Part shown: piece by piece, positions 1-10,980 of the stretch
Numbering within the stretch: position 1 is the stretch's first letter
How the letters are laid out: each line of letters opens with the position of its first letter
NCBI GenBank assembly: GCA_001724265.1
Contig: MEDY01000201.1
Location: 1 to 52,738 of the forward strand
Reading direction: 5' to 3'
From: Rhizaria sp. SCN 62-66
Taxonomy: Eukaryota
DNA: 52,738 bases
The notes under the pieces: model-generated
Told to the model about the DNA's origin: nothing
The model's input: only the letters and a program-made list of their open reading frames with translations
The model's database searches: none
Made by a program: the position numbers and the translations under genes

Positions 1-1129
1 GTTATTGCTAGCGCTGGAAGGGTACAGCCAGGAGCGGGCGGTGGCAGTCCAGGAGTTTTGGTACTCAACGACGTCGGGGTGGTTCTTGACGGCTAGCCAT
101 TGTTCCTCAGTGGGGGTATTAACGTTAAACGACACCGCGGCCTGGTGAAACAGCGAACGTGCGCGCGTCGGGGCCGTGCGCAACGTGACTGAGACAAGGC
201 CCGTCACGGAGTCGGTCAATGTAACAATAAGGTCGTCGCGCCCACGGCTCGAGTGTTCGCTTTCATGGTCAGGCACACGGCTGAGAACGCGGCGGTAGAA
301 GCCGTGCTCACTCACAGTGGTCTCGACGCTGGTGCCCGTGCCAACTCCTGTCTCGCTCGTGGTGTCAGCGGTGACCGCAACGATGTCGTCACCGGTACCA
401 GTGCGGATCTTGTGCGCGCGCTCGTACTTGCGGTCGGCCGCGTCGGCCTCGTCCGTGGTAACCGAGATCTCGTCGTTGCACCCAACGGCATCTGCGCTCG
501 GGGCGTGCAGGAACGCGTTCCTGAGAAGACCAAACTCGCGAGCAAACGCAGCGCCGTCGGTACCGGCCGCAAGCCCAGCAAAGGTGACGGTGTCCCGTGT
601 GCACGAGATAAGGGGCACGGTGAGCGGATCGAATCCGTCAAGGCGGATAGCATTGGCGCGCATCAGAGCGCGGTAGGCGTAGTCCGTCGTGAGGCCGGTG
701 TCGACGTCAATGTATGAGACGCTATAGTTGTACTGGCGCGTGCCATCGGGGTGAATAATGGTCGGCTCGGGGTCGTAAGTGATTGGCGACCTCGCCGGGG
801 AGCGCGATGAGGCGGGCTTGACGCCGAGCTACGAGTGAAAACAAAGCAAAGTTGTAGAAACAGTGGATATCGGACATAAGAGGATGCTTTTACTGAAACT
901 ACAATTAATGTAGGTAGAAGTTGTGCTTTTCACGTTGATGTGTGTTTCTTTTTGATGAAAACCCGCAATGTGCATCGTAAACATTAATTATCCAAACAAA
1001 GGAGGCTCATTGAAGTTTACTTACGAAGACGCCGATGAGCACGCCAGCGGTCACCAAAGCTATGCCCAAGAACACCGCAACGCCAATCAAAACCCGACAA
1101 CACGTTGTTTTTGCTCCACACTTTGTCAT
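1..1129 (-). CDS. Unknown type II (N-anchored) membrane protein, 3'-partial; exons 1129-1025 and 828-<1
   Basis: ATG at 1129 gives MTKCGAKTTCCRVLIGVAVFLGIALVTAGVLIGVF, a hydrophobic TM segment. A GTAAGT donor at 1024 and a pyrimidine tract with TAG acceptor ending at 829 give a phase-0 join. Exon 2 (LGVKPASSRSPARSPITYDPEP...WLYPSSASNN) stays open for 276 codons to the window edge. No family recognised. Confidence 0.75.
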
Positions 1130-2003
1130 CTGCGATAGAAAGTGAAGGGTGAGAATACAGTCGGAAAAGAAAAGTGCAGGATCAGACGAATCCAGAAAAA
1201 GTTTTAGCAAATGTCTCACGCGTCAACGCGTCAAATACATCGATGAACGCACTAGGCATTTTTGAAATGAAATTATAATAGCAAAGTTTGTCACAGTAAA
1301 TCGCTAGATATCTTGTTGCACAGCACGTTCAAGCAAAGTAGCTGTTTAAAGATGACGCCCAAACTGCGCACTGGACTCCGGAAGTAGCAACAGCAGGACC
1401 GATAAAGTAGTCTGGCTAACCTGTACACCAATATTACATTTATTTAGCCGGTGCTAGTCTCGAGCATGTACAGAGCAGATCATTGTTTGTTTGTTGTGCA
1501 AAAATACATTTCGCGCGCGTAATATTTATTTTTGTTCTACTCGTAGGATACAACAACTGTTCTGTCATTTCTCCTTATATTGAGATTATGCGATTATGTT
1601 CTACAGCACTGTAAATTTCAAACGTCACGTTACCTAAAGTGAGGCTTAGCCCCCTTCGACATTCCCTTTTCGAAAAGATAAAACAGTAAAATTACGGGTT
1701 AAGCGACAAAAGGATAAAAATCAAATGAATCAATTTAAGAGAAACAACATACAAGATAATTGTTAAACCTAAATCTTACTTTATATCATAGAACGACACA
1801 CAGTATGATAAATCGCACGTAGTAAATGACCGAGATTGACTGAATGAAAAGAACAAAGAGACAATGCTGTGTATTGATTATGACAATAAAAGACTGCGTG
1901 CGACGGAAACAGTCTGCCGCCGCGCGCACCATATTATTCTTATGTAGTACTGCTGAGCGCCACGCGCACCGCAAAAAAAGAGGCACGGGACTCGGTCAGT
2001 GAG

Positions 2004-2049
2004 TGTTGTGCTGCGTCGTGCTGCGTCGTGAATGTTGTGCTGCGTCGTG
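2004..2049. repeat. Short direct repeat (TGTTGTGCTGCGTCGTG x2 with an extra CTGCGTCGTG unit) in the PDI 3' flank
   Basis: Read directly at 2004-2020, 2021-2030 and 2033-2049; an imperfect (GA)n tract follows at about 2128-2155. Confidence 0.8.
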
Positions 2050-2179
2050 CGAGGCTGAGACTGCTGTGGTTATGTTACAAAAAAAGCAGTCTCACCCATC
2101 CACGGGCACTCGCGCGTTCATCACAAACAGAGAGGGAGAGAGATAGAGAGAGAGAACGTGTGTGTGGGGGGCGAGTTTC

Positions 2180-3610
2180 TTAGAGCTCGTCCTTGCCGGC
2201 CTCGGCAGCGATGTCGCCCTTGGTCTTGATGTTGTACGAGTTCTCCTTGACGAACTTGACAAGGGCATCGACGGAGCGCTCGGAGTTGTACTGTACGGGG
2301 TTGGCCTTGTCGTTAGCGGGGAAGAAGTAGAGCGTGGGGAAGCCCTGGACCTCGACGGGGGTGTCGTTCTCGGTGGAATCAACCTTGGCGATGACGATAC
2401 TGGGGTTAGCAGCGAAGAAAGCACCGACCTCATCCCACTTGGGGGAGAGCTGCTTGCAGTGGCCGCACCAGGGGGCGTGGAACATGACGAAGACGTCCTT
2501 GTCGTTGTTGACGACAATGTCATCGTAGGTCTTGCCGACGACGATCTTGACGTTGCCGTCGTTCTCCGCGGGGGGCTCCTGCGAGCGGACGTTGGCGACA
2601 AGCTCACCCTTGGTGTATTGCTCGATGAACTTGGCGACGTTGGCCGCGGTCAGCTCCTGGTCGGCGGGGAAGACGTAGTTCTTGCGCACCTTGCGGTCCT
2701 CGATGGCGAGGCCGGGGGTGGCGGACGCGAGGCCAAAGGTCTTGGCGTGCTCGCCCCAGCGGTTGCCGTCGAGCTTGGCGAAGATGACCTTGGCCTTGTT
2801 GTCCTTGGCAACGGACGCGAGGGCGGCGGGGATCTTGCCCTGCTCGTCGTTGGTGTAGTCGACGAAGAGCCACGCGAGGGGGAGGTCCTTCTCGACGTAC
2901 TTCTGGAAGTTCTCGGGGCCGATCTCGCCGACGAGGGGCAGGGACTCGCTCTTGACGAAGTCAACGATGGCCTTGGCGGAGACCTCGCCGGTGAACGCAA
3001 CCTCAGTCTCGTCGAAGTTGCGGTACAGGGTGATCTTGCCGTCAGTGGCACCGGTGAAGATGCAGGTGTCGACGTCCTTGCGGAGGGTCGCGCCAGCCTT
3101 CTTGACCTCGGCGGCCTCGGCGGAGTCCGCGGCGGCGTTGACGACGAGGCGGAGACCGGTGGTGGAGGTCTTGAAGGCCTCGAGAGCGGCGGCGTCGGCG
3201 GCGACGACGTAGGCAGGCTGGGAGTTCTTGATCACAGCCTTGACGACGGCATCGGCCTTGCGGGCGTCCTCGTACTCGGTGGTGGAGCCATCCTTGTGGA
3301 TGAACTTGACGGTAGGGAAGCCCTTGACGCCGTAGGTGGAGCAGAGGTCGCGGTGCTCAGTGCAGTCAACCTTGGCGATCTTGTGCTTGCCAGCGAGCTG
3401 CTCAGCGGCCTTGTCAAACTCGGGCGCAAAGGTCTTGCAGTGGCCGCACCAGGGGGCGTAGAACTTGACGAGGACGGAGTCGTCCTTCTGCTCCTGGAGG
3501 AAGGAATCGAAGTTCTCAGCGGTGAGGGCAGCAACCTTGCCGTCCTCGAAGGCCGAGGCGACGAAAGGAGCGATAGCCAGGACGGCCATGAGAGTAACAA
3601 GGAAACGCAT
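2180..3610 (-). CDS. PDI: Protein disulfide-isomerase (a-b-b'-a' type), 476 aa, intronless
   Basis: Signal peptide MRFLVTLMAVLAIAPFVASA; two thioredoxin active sites (FYAPWCGHCK, FHAPWCGHCK); GFPT cis-Pro motifs; C-terminal KDEL; TAA stop. Confidence 0.97.
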   Translation of the reverse strand: MRFLVTLMAVLAIAPFVASAFEDGKVAALTAENFDSFLQEQKDDSVLVKFYAPWCGHCKTFAPEFDKAAEQLAGKHKIAKVDCTEHRDLCSTYGVKGFPTVKFIHKDGSTTEYEDARKADAVVKAVIKNSQPAYVVAADAAALEAFKTSTTGLRLVVNAAADSAEAAEVKKAGATLRKDVDTCIFTGATDGKITLYRNFDETEVAFTGEVSAKAIVDFVKSESLPLVGEIGPENFQKYVEKDLPLAWLFVDYTNDEQGKIPAALASVAKDNKAKVIFAKLDGNRWGEHAKTFGLASATPGLAIEDRKVRKNYVFPADQELTAANVAKFIEQYTKGELVANVRSQEPPAENDGNVKIVVGKTYDDIVVNNDKDVFVMFHAPWCGHCKQLSPKWDEVGAFFAANPSIVIAKVDSTENDTPVEVQGFPTLYFFPANDKANPVQYNSERSVDALVKFVKENSYNIKTKGDIAAEAGKDEL

Positions 3611-4316
3611 AGTCCCGATGCTATCAACAGCGAAGACGAGGGGCGATTAAATAGGGCGGGGAATAGAGAGAAGACATCAATGTGAGATGAGAAAGAGGTC
3701 GGGCGAGCGCTGATGGAAGTTTAGACGATCGGATGTGTGCGACAGGGTTGATGGGTGGGCAAGGCGTCAGAGATCCGAAACCGAGCATATCTTCGACAAA
3801 CACCCACTCAACATGCGGCCGACGCGATGGGAAACTAGGCCAGCATACACGGGCGTAGATTGGTTCCGAAGATACGGTGCTTGAAGGGCGGGCGCGCAAG
3901 CAAGAACGTGGATCCTATTCCGGGAAGGAGACAGGGCGGCTCTTGGCGAGAGCTGCCTGGCTCTCAATCTTGAGCAGCCACTTTCACGCCCCTCCACGCT
4001 CGCAGCGCGACTCCAGTAATTAAATATAATCACTTCACCGATAATAAGCGTTATTCACGCATGTTTTTCATCACGGCAAGCGCTAGGCAGAGCTGATGGA
4101 TCGGTTTTGTTTTTGCTCGTCAGCCAAAATGGAGCACCGCGACTTAACTTTGCGGGGTCGAGTCATCAATCGAACTCGTTTGGGTGGTCTGGGTCCGTAC
4201 CGAAAAAACTGTTATGACCACACGCCAAAGCAGGCGATTTGCAACCTTAATAACACTTCGAAGGCTCCGTCAAATAGTATATAACTGCTGTTTCCGGTAA
4301 TCCTGTGACGTATACT

Positions 4317-5830
4317 ATGCTGCGCCGAGTTTGTGCGTTCTCCAAGCGCGGTCTTGCCCTTCAGTTCCGGTTAATTGGAAATGCCATAGTCAAAGCTTCA
4401 TCTGCAGCTTTTTCGACTGCTGCGGCGACACACCAACACGCTCCAACAACTGTGCCCTCGACAGTGACGGTTAATGGTACCACGTTTGACCTGCCTGCGC
4501 CCGGCGAGCACTTTATTGTTGCAAGCATCGATGGCATGTCCCAGGTACGTCCCGCCCTATTCTAGCAATCAAACTTGTTCTCTTCGAAGTTCACTACAAT
4601 TGCACTGTATCGCGATACATACTGACATTGTTATCATCGATAACTAATTTCTGTGCTCTTTATCCTCTACATAATCTATATAACAGGAATACATTGACGA
4701 CGCGGCCTCCCGCGGCCTCATGCCCACCTGGATGTCCCTACTCGACAGTGCCCCTGTCCCCCACACTGACACGGGGGCAAACACACAGGACTCCGCGTCT
4801 GACTCTGCTCCTGCGTTCCGGTTCGACTTTTTCGACCGCCAGGCCGCGCACGGACTTGTGAGCTCTGCGTTCCCCACTCTCAGCACCGTCAACAACGTCT
4901 GCATCGCCGCAAACGCGGCTCCCAACGTCACCGGTCTCGCCAGCGACCTAATCCCGCTCTCCGCCGCGAATACAGCCACCGTAACTCACGCCAGCACTAC
5001 GGTGCCCGCTGCTGCGGTGCCCGAGGCTGTGGCGGCGTCGGCAGCGCTGTCGCTGCCGTCCGGCGCCACGGTCGTCGCCGCGTTGAGTTCTCCAGAACTC
5101 GTGCGCAGCGGTACTGTGCTCGCCGCCCTGTGCGCCGCGGGGGTCGACGTCACGGTGGTGACGCCGCACGATGCGCTGTTGGCACTGCTTGCAAAGGATC
5201 TGGCACGCGCGGCACGTGTGGTGCTCACGGTCACTGGCGGCCGCGCAACGCTCAGCTCTTCTCGCTCTGACTCGGACCCTGCCTCCGATATCGGCCAGGC
5301 TACCAATGCGAGTAGGGCGAGTGCGAGTCGCGGTAAGGCTGGGAGGGCGACGCTGGTGTCGCTTGACTCGCTGGCGCAGGTCATGGCGGCTGAAGAAGCT
5401 GCGACGACTGAGACTGCTGGGACTGAGACTGGCACTGAGGCTGAGGCGGAGAGGCAAGGCCGGGCTGCGGCCGTGGCTCTGGTCCGCACTGCGCTGGCTT
5501 CAATGAACAACAGTAGTTTCAACAACAACAACAACAGCAATAACAACAATAGCGTCAGCAACGGCAACAGCGCAGGAGAGATCACTTCCGTGCCGTCGCC
5601 ACATAGCACCGCGGCCGCTGGCTTCAGCCTCGCGCTCGCCGACGCAGTCGTTGCGACCGCTGAGAACACTGTCGAGCAGAACCGCAGCAGTGGCTCTGCT
5701 CATGCAATGTCTTCGTCTTCGTTTGCGCTGCTCACAGTCGCCGACTACCCGTTGCACTACGCACCGGCGCCCGCTGCACCCGCAGTCTTCGGAGCTTCTT
5801 CCTCTGGGCCTGCGTCTGCATCCTCCTCGC

Positions 5831-5875
<45 letters not shown>

Positions 5876-7293
5876 TTTTTGCTGACTTGGCCCGCTACGA
5901 GAGCGCAAATCACGCGGGCAGTAGCAGTATCAGCAGCAGTTCGAGCAGCAGTAGCAGGCGCGGCGGCGGCTCGCGTGCTGAAGCTGCCGCCGCAGCTTTA
6001 GCTCTGCTCACCAACAACAACAGCAACGCGAATCGCCCTAACAATGCCAACAACAACAACAGCAACAACAACAGTAGTTTGAGTGGTGTGAGCGGGCTGA
6101 TGGCTGGACGGGGCGCTGGTAAACTCGTCCGCCGCCCCTCGTCTTTCACCTCCACCTCCGACACTACTGCGAATCACAGGGGGAGTGACCGTGGGAGTGA
6201 CCGTGGGAGTGACAGCAATGCGAGGGCTAATGCGACGGCTAATGCGACTGCTAATGCGAGTGCAGCAGTGGGTGCGGACGCGGTGTGGAGCGGGCTCGAC
6301 GCGGCGCTGGCACAGCTCCACGCCCGCGGTCGCTGTGTCGCCGTCACCGCGGCCCACGGAATGAGCCCGAAGGCCGGATTCCACCACAAAACGACCCAGC
6401 TCCACGCCAACGGCAACGGCAGTCAGAGTCACGGCTACCAAAGGAGCGCAAGTGGCAGTGATGGGACGGCGCGCGTGGTGTGGTTAGAAGACGAACTCGC
6501 ACACGCAAAGGCGATGGCTGCGTGCGATGTCACCGCGGTTGAGACCGCTCCTGTCAGCCCCTCTTCCTGTGCCGAGAGCAGCTCGAGTAGTCATGTCGGC
6601 AGCGGGAGTCAGAGCGCGGCAGAGCGTGGGGACGCTGTGTTTGGCCGTGTCGCAGTCATCCCAACTCTCGCCCCCGGCCACGGCCACGGCCACGGCCACG
6701 GTGACAGCCACGGCCACATCAGCAGTCCGAACCCGAATGGCGGTGACGGCGGCGATGGCACCGCGGCGCCCGCGATCGTGCTGGGCGGCAGCGCGTTCCT
6801 GCACTGTGTCGACGGCGGCGGCGGCTCTTCCTCCGCCGCCGCCGCAGCAGCGCTGCTGCCTGTCGTTGCCCGCTTGCGCGCGCTAGACGGGATCTACGCT
6901 GTGGTGGGCCGGTCGGACGCCGCGACCGCGTTTGACTTGCCTGCGGACAGGATTGGCGACTATCTCGTCATTGCGGACCACAACACTGTGTTGGGCGGAG
7001 CGAAACCGAAGCCGCGGCAGGTGGATGGCGGCGGCGGCGGCAGTGACAGTCAAATGCAAGGTCAAAACGCCGGTCTGGGCGGTCTCGAGAGCGAGAGCGT
7101 GGCGGTGGCGGTGGCGGTTATGAGTCATGGGTCGCTGGATGAGGCCAAGGTGCCGCTGTGGGTCAACCGTCCGCTGCGGCAGGCCGTGCGCGACCAACTT
7201 CACAAGGGGAAGCTGCGCAATTACCACGCTATTCAGGTGCTGCTCAACGGGGCGCTACGCGCGCGCGGGCCTAAGGGCGAGGGCAGTGACTGA
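4317..7293 (+). CDS. phnA-like: Phosphonoacetate hydrolase-like protein (alkaline phosphatase superfamily) with mitochondrial-type presequence and low-complexity insertions; exons 4317-4544 and 4687-7293, about 944 aa
   Basis: PhnA motifs occur in order: VTVNG..IVASIDG|EYIDDA, PTLSTVNN, VRSGTVLAALCAAGVDVTVVT, ADYPLHYAP, LDAALAQL..VAVTAAHGM, RLRALDGIYAV..FDLPADRIGD, SHGSLDEAKVPL, LRNYHA. A phase-0 GTACGT..CAG intron at 4545-4686 joins the motifs. TGA stop. Confidence 0.85.
5845..5874 (+). repeat. (TCG)10 coding microsatellite, poly-Ser
   Basis: Read directly within a PhnA-like insertion. Confidence 0.9.
6181..6213 (+). repeat. 12-nt tandem repeat GGGAGTGACCGT x~3 (RGSD repeats)
   Basis: gggagtgaccgt gggagtgaccgt gggagtgac. 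Confidence 0.85.
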
Positions 7294-7838
7294 GGGGCAG
7301 GGGTAACACTTCAGTGCGATGTTACATAGATATCGTCGGTTCGATAGATTATTTATTATTATTTGAAAAATAAACGTTTGATTATACGCCATTTTAAGTT
7401 CTTATTTGAATCTGCGTTTCTTAAGCGCTTCTGCGGACTTGCAGAGGGACACGCCAGAAGGTGACGGCGACCAGACAGATAGGTCTCCACGGGAGTTGAT
7501 GTTGTGCTCACAGTCACTTGAATGTGGGGGAGAGGGCCATTTAAAGTGGTCAATAAGGGGCCCTAACACGCGCTTATAGCCTAGTGATTTCATTCACAGA
7601 GAGTAAAAACATTTTAATACCTATATTGCACTTTGCTGTTTCCCAAATCGCTGTTTATCCCGCGCATTTTTCTTTGCATGAACGCGTCGATGCACGCACC
7701 CAGAGCATCCCGAATCCACCGGTTGTACCCCCATTTGCATGGCTCCCATGAACTCACTGAGCGTTTACATCTCTTTTCTTTGACCATAGAACCCCTCCCC
7801 CTCTCTCAAGGACCTGCCCGCTTTGCGCTGCGAACACC

Positions 7839-10800
7839 ATGTTCGGCGTAGGGTCGTCTTTGTTTCTCCGGGTGGCGTCCGAGATCGGCTCTGTTCTGGC
7901 CGCTCGCGACCGGCTCCCGGACCCCTCCCCGGACCCCGGCGCGTCCCCCACATCCGGCGTGCAGCCCTCACAGCCTTCCCGTGCGCTTGACGGCTTTTCT
8001 GCGTTTCCTGCACCTCTGCTCGAGGTCGCAGAGCACATGGCCGGTCTCCGCGGCCCGCCCCTCACTTCGCTGCCGCTGTGCCCCGTGCCCCAGAGCGCGT
8101 TCGCCGCCACGGCCTCCGCGTCCGCCGGCGCCGTCGCCGCCGCGGGGGGCGCCAACGCGGGCATCTCCCCGGCGCTTATTGCTGCTGTATCCGCGACGCC
8201 CGGCTCCCCCACCAACGCGTCCATGCGCCTCTCAATGCGCGCCGCCGCCAACAACAACAACAACAACAACAGCGGCGGCGGCGGCAGCTCTTCGTCCTCC
8301 GCCTCCGCGGCTTCCGGTGCGATGTCCTCGTCCTCCACCTCCGCGGCGGCGTTGTCCGCGTCCCAACGCGCCGCGACCCTTGGCCTGAGCGACCACGTGC
8401 TGCTCAGCGCGTCCCCGCAGACCGCAGCCACCGGACTCACCGCCGCCGCCGACTGCGTCGCCTTCTCGGGCCGCCTTTTCGTGACGTGGGCCGTGCTGCA
8501 GGGCCACGCGGACTCGGTGTCCGACGCAGTGCTGCTCGGCCGCAGGCTCATGGAGGCCGGGTATATCACACTCGCGGCCAAACTGTCCCCCGCCGTCGCC
8601 GCCGCGCTCGCTGTCGCCAACAATAGTAATCATTCCAGTAACATTAACAAAGACTCCGCGCGAGACTCTTTCGGCTCCTCCACGAACGGCAGCGGCGGCG
8701 GCTCGAGCGGTGGTTTGGCCTTCACCAACTCAGCGACTCTATACCGCCTCTCGCCCTCCTCGCCCGCACTGCCCGTGTCTGCGTGGGCCGCCGTTGCCCC
8801 CGCGGGCACCGACGCTGACTGCACGCGGCTTAACTTTACCACCGCGGACCTGTGCTCTATCGCGTCGGCCGTCACGCACGCGCCGGCGCGCGTGATCACA
8901 CTGTTCCCGCGCCCGCCCATGCCTGGCGCCATGCCCTTCGCTGACGGCAGTAGCAGCAGCTCGAGTAGTAGCTCTAGCGGTAGCAGCAAGCGTAAGAGCA
9001 GCAAGGGCGGCGACAAGAACTCGGCGCACTCGCACTCGAACGCTGCCGCCGACGCCGCCGGTGCCGCTGGCTCTGGCTCTGGCTCGGGGGCTGCGGCGGC
9101 GACCGGCAACACAGGCAAGGGAGACTCTGTTCCCGGTCTCACCGCGTCGACCCCTAGCCGCGCTAACAGCAACGGTAGCGCCAGCTCTGGCTCCGGCGCT
9201 GGCGCTGGCCGCAGCCCTGGCGTGCGCGAGCGGTCTCTGTCGATGTCGATGGCGCCCCTCGCGTCCTCGGCCTCGGCGACCGTGTGCGTGACCGGCGCGG
9301 ACCTCGTGTCGTACCTACTGCGCAACAATACCGTCTCGTGCACGCGCGACGCCGTCATCGTTGGTTTGCTGCTTGTTGCGTCTGGACTTATCCGCCACGT
9401 TCCCTCGCAGGCCGACTTGCCCGCCGCGCTCCAGACCGCTCCAATCCCAGTCAACTCCACATCCGCCTCGAGCGCGGTCACTGGAGCTGCGCCGGCCGCG
9501 CGCGCGCTGCTGTCGGCGCTTGTGTTCCACCAGAACTGCCTGCTGCACGCACCTTTCGCCGCCGCAGACTACCCGTTTCTTGCCGCAGCCGCCGCGCCCG
9601 CCGCAGCCGCCGCAGCCGCCGCGGTGGCCAGTAACAGTGCAACTGCGTCCGGCGGCGTGGTCGTGACCGGCGCGGCGGCCGCGGCGGCGCAGGCCCAGGC
9701 CGCCGCTGCGATGGCGCAGGTGTTTGGCCCGCCAGACGCGCCGCTGGAGCCGGTGTGCTTTGGTCCGGCCCCACCGCCCTCAGCCGCACTCTCACAGCCT
9801 ACCTCACCACTCAGCGTGTCTTCTAGCTCTGCGTCCTCGTCATCGTCCTCGTCCTCAGCGTCGGCGTCGGCGTCGGCGTCAGGCTCGGCGTTCTCATTCC
9901 CCGCCTCTGACCATACTAGCAACAAGGGCGCGAAGACTGTCGGTGTGACGCTACACTTGACTGCGCGCCGCCGCGCCGCACTGCATCCGTACAACGCCTT
10001 CGTCCCCGCTGCCGCTGCCGCTGCCGCCGCCGCCGCCGCCGCTTCCGCCTCAGGCTCCAGAGGCTCCGGCTCAAGAGGCGGCGCCAGAGGAGGCGGCAGT
10101 TCATCCTCCCCATCAGCGGCAGCGATATCCCGGTCTGCAGCGTCGCAGTCTGCGCTGGTCTCGGCCTCAGCCTCAGCGCCGTCGCAGTCGCCGTACGGTG
10201 CACTGGCGGCGTCGCTGGGCGCGCTCGCGGGGGCCACGTTCCCGTTACATCCGCTCGAGTTCTCCAACAGCGCCGTGCTCTACACCGTTGCGCTCGACGC
10301 CGCGGCCGCCGCGGCGGCCGCCGCCGCCGCCGCGCTGCGCCTCGGCGGCGGCGTCGCGCTGGCCTCAGCCGTCGGTCTGTCGTGCGCGCTGCCCCCTGGG
10401 GTGTTTCCGCTGCCCGCGCCCGTCCGCGTCGCGCTGCCCCCGCCGTCGCCCGCGCTCGTCCCGCAGTCATCTGCCGCGTCTGCCGCCCCTTCGCCGGTGA
10501 CGCCGCTCGCGCCGCCGCTGGCGCTGCTGGCGGGACTCGCCGTCGCCGCCGGGTCGCCCAACGCGGACCCCTTCGCCTCTAGCCCGGGCTCTAACGCCAG
10601 CCCCGGCTCCGGGACTGGCACCGGACCAGGATCGTCTCCGGGCACGCCCCGCGGCGGCGGCTCGAACAGCTCGAGCTCTGGCGCGGGCTCCGGGAGCGCG
10701 GCGGGCAAGTCCTCTGGCTCGGCCTCAGCGTCGCAAGCGCACTCCCAGCAAGATAAGTTGACTGCGGCGGCCTCGAGCGCCGCGCAGACCAAGTCTTCTT

Positions 10801-10936
10801 CTGCTGCTGCTGACAGCAAGGCTTCTAGCTCTGGCTCTAGCTCTGCTGGCACTGCGGCTGCGGCGGCAAATAGCGCGGCGGACCGGATGTCGCAGTTGCG
10901 CAAGGCCGACTCCTCCGGCAACCTTAACAACAACAA

Positions 10937-10980
<44 letters not shown>

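Noticed and set aside
2162-3685. 507-aa antisense ORF over PDI (likewise 38446-39549 over CK2, 12443-14443 and many others)
   Set aside because: Shadow ORFs caused by high GC3 codon bias; no recognisable motifs.
7430-7570. GC-richer intergenic patch with a weak hairpin (GGCCATTT/AAGTGGTC) as a possible ncRNA
   Set aside because: Short imperfect stem with no recognisable RNA family; more likely promoter or UTR.
7790-7838. In-frame CPLC upstream of the B55 ATG as half of a zinc finger from an upstream exon
   Set aside because: The acceptor is plausible, but no consensus donor or coding upstream exon was found.
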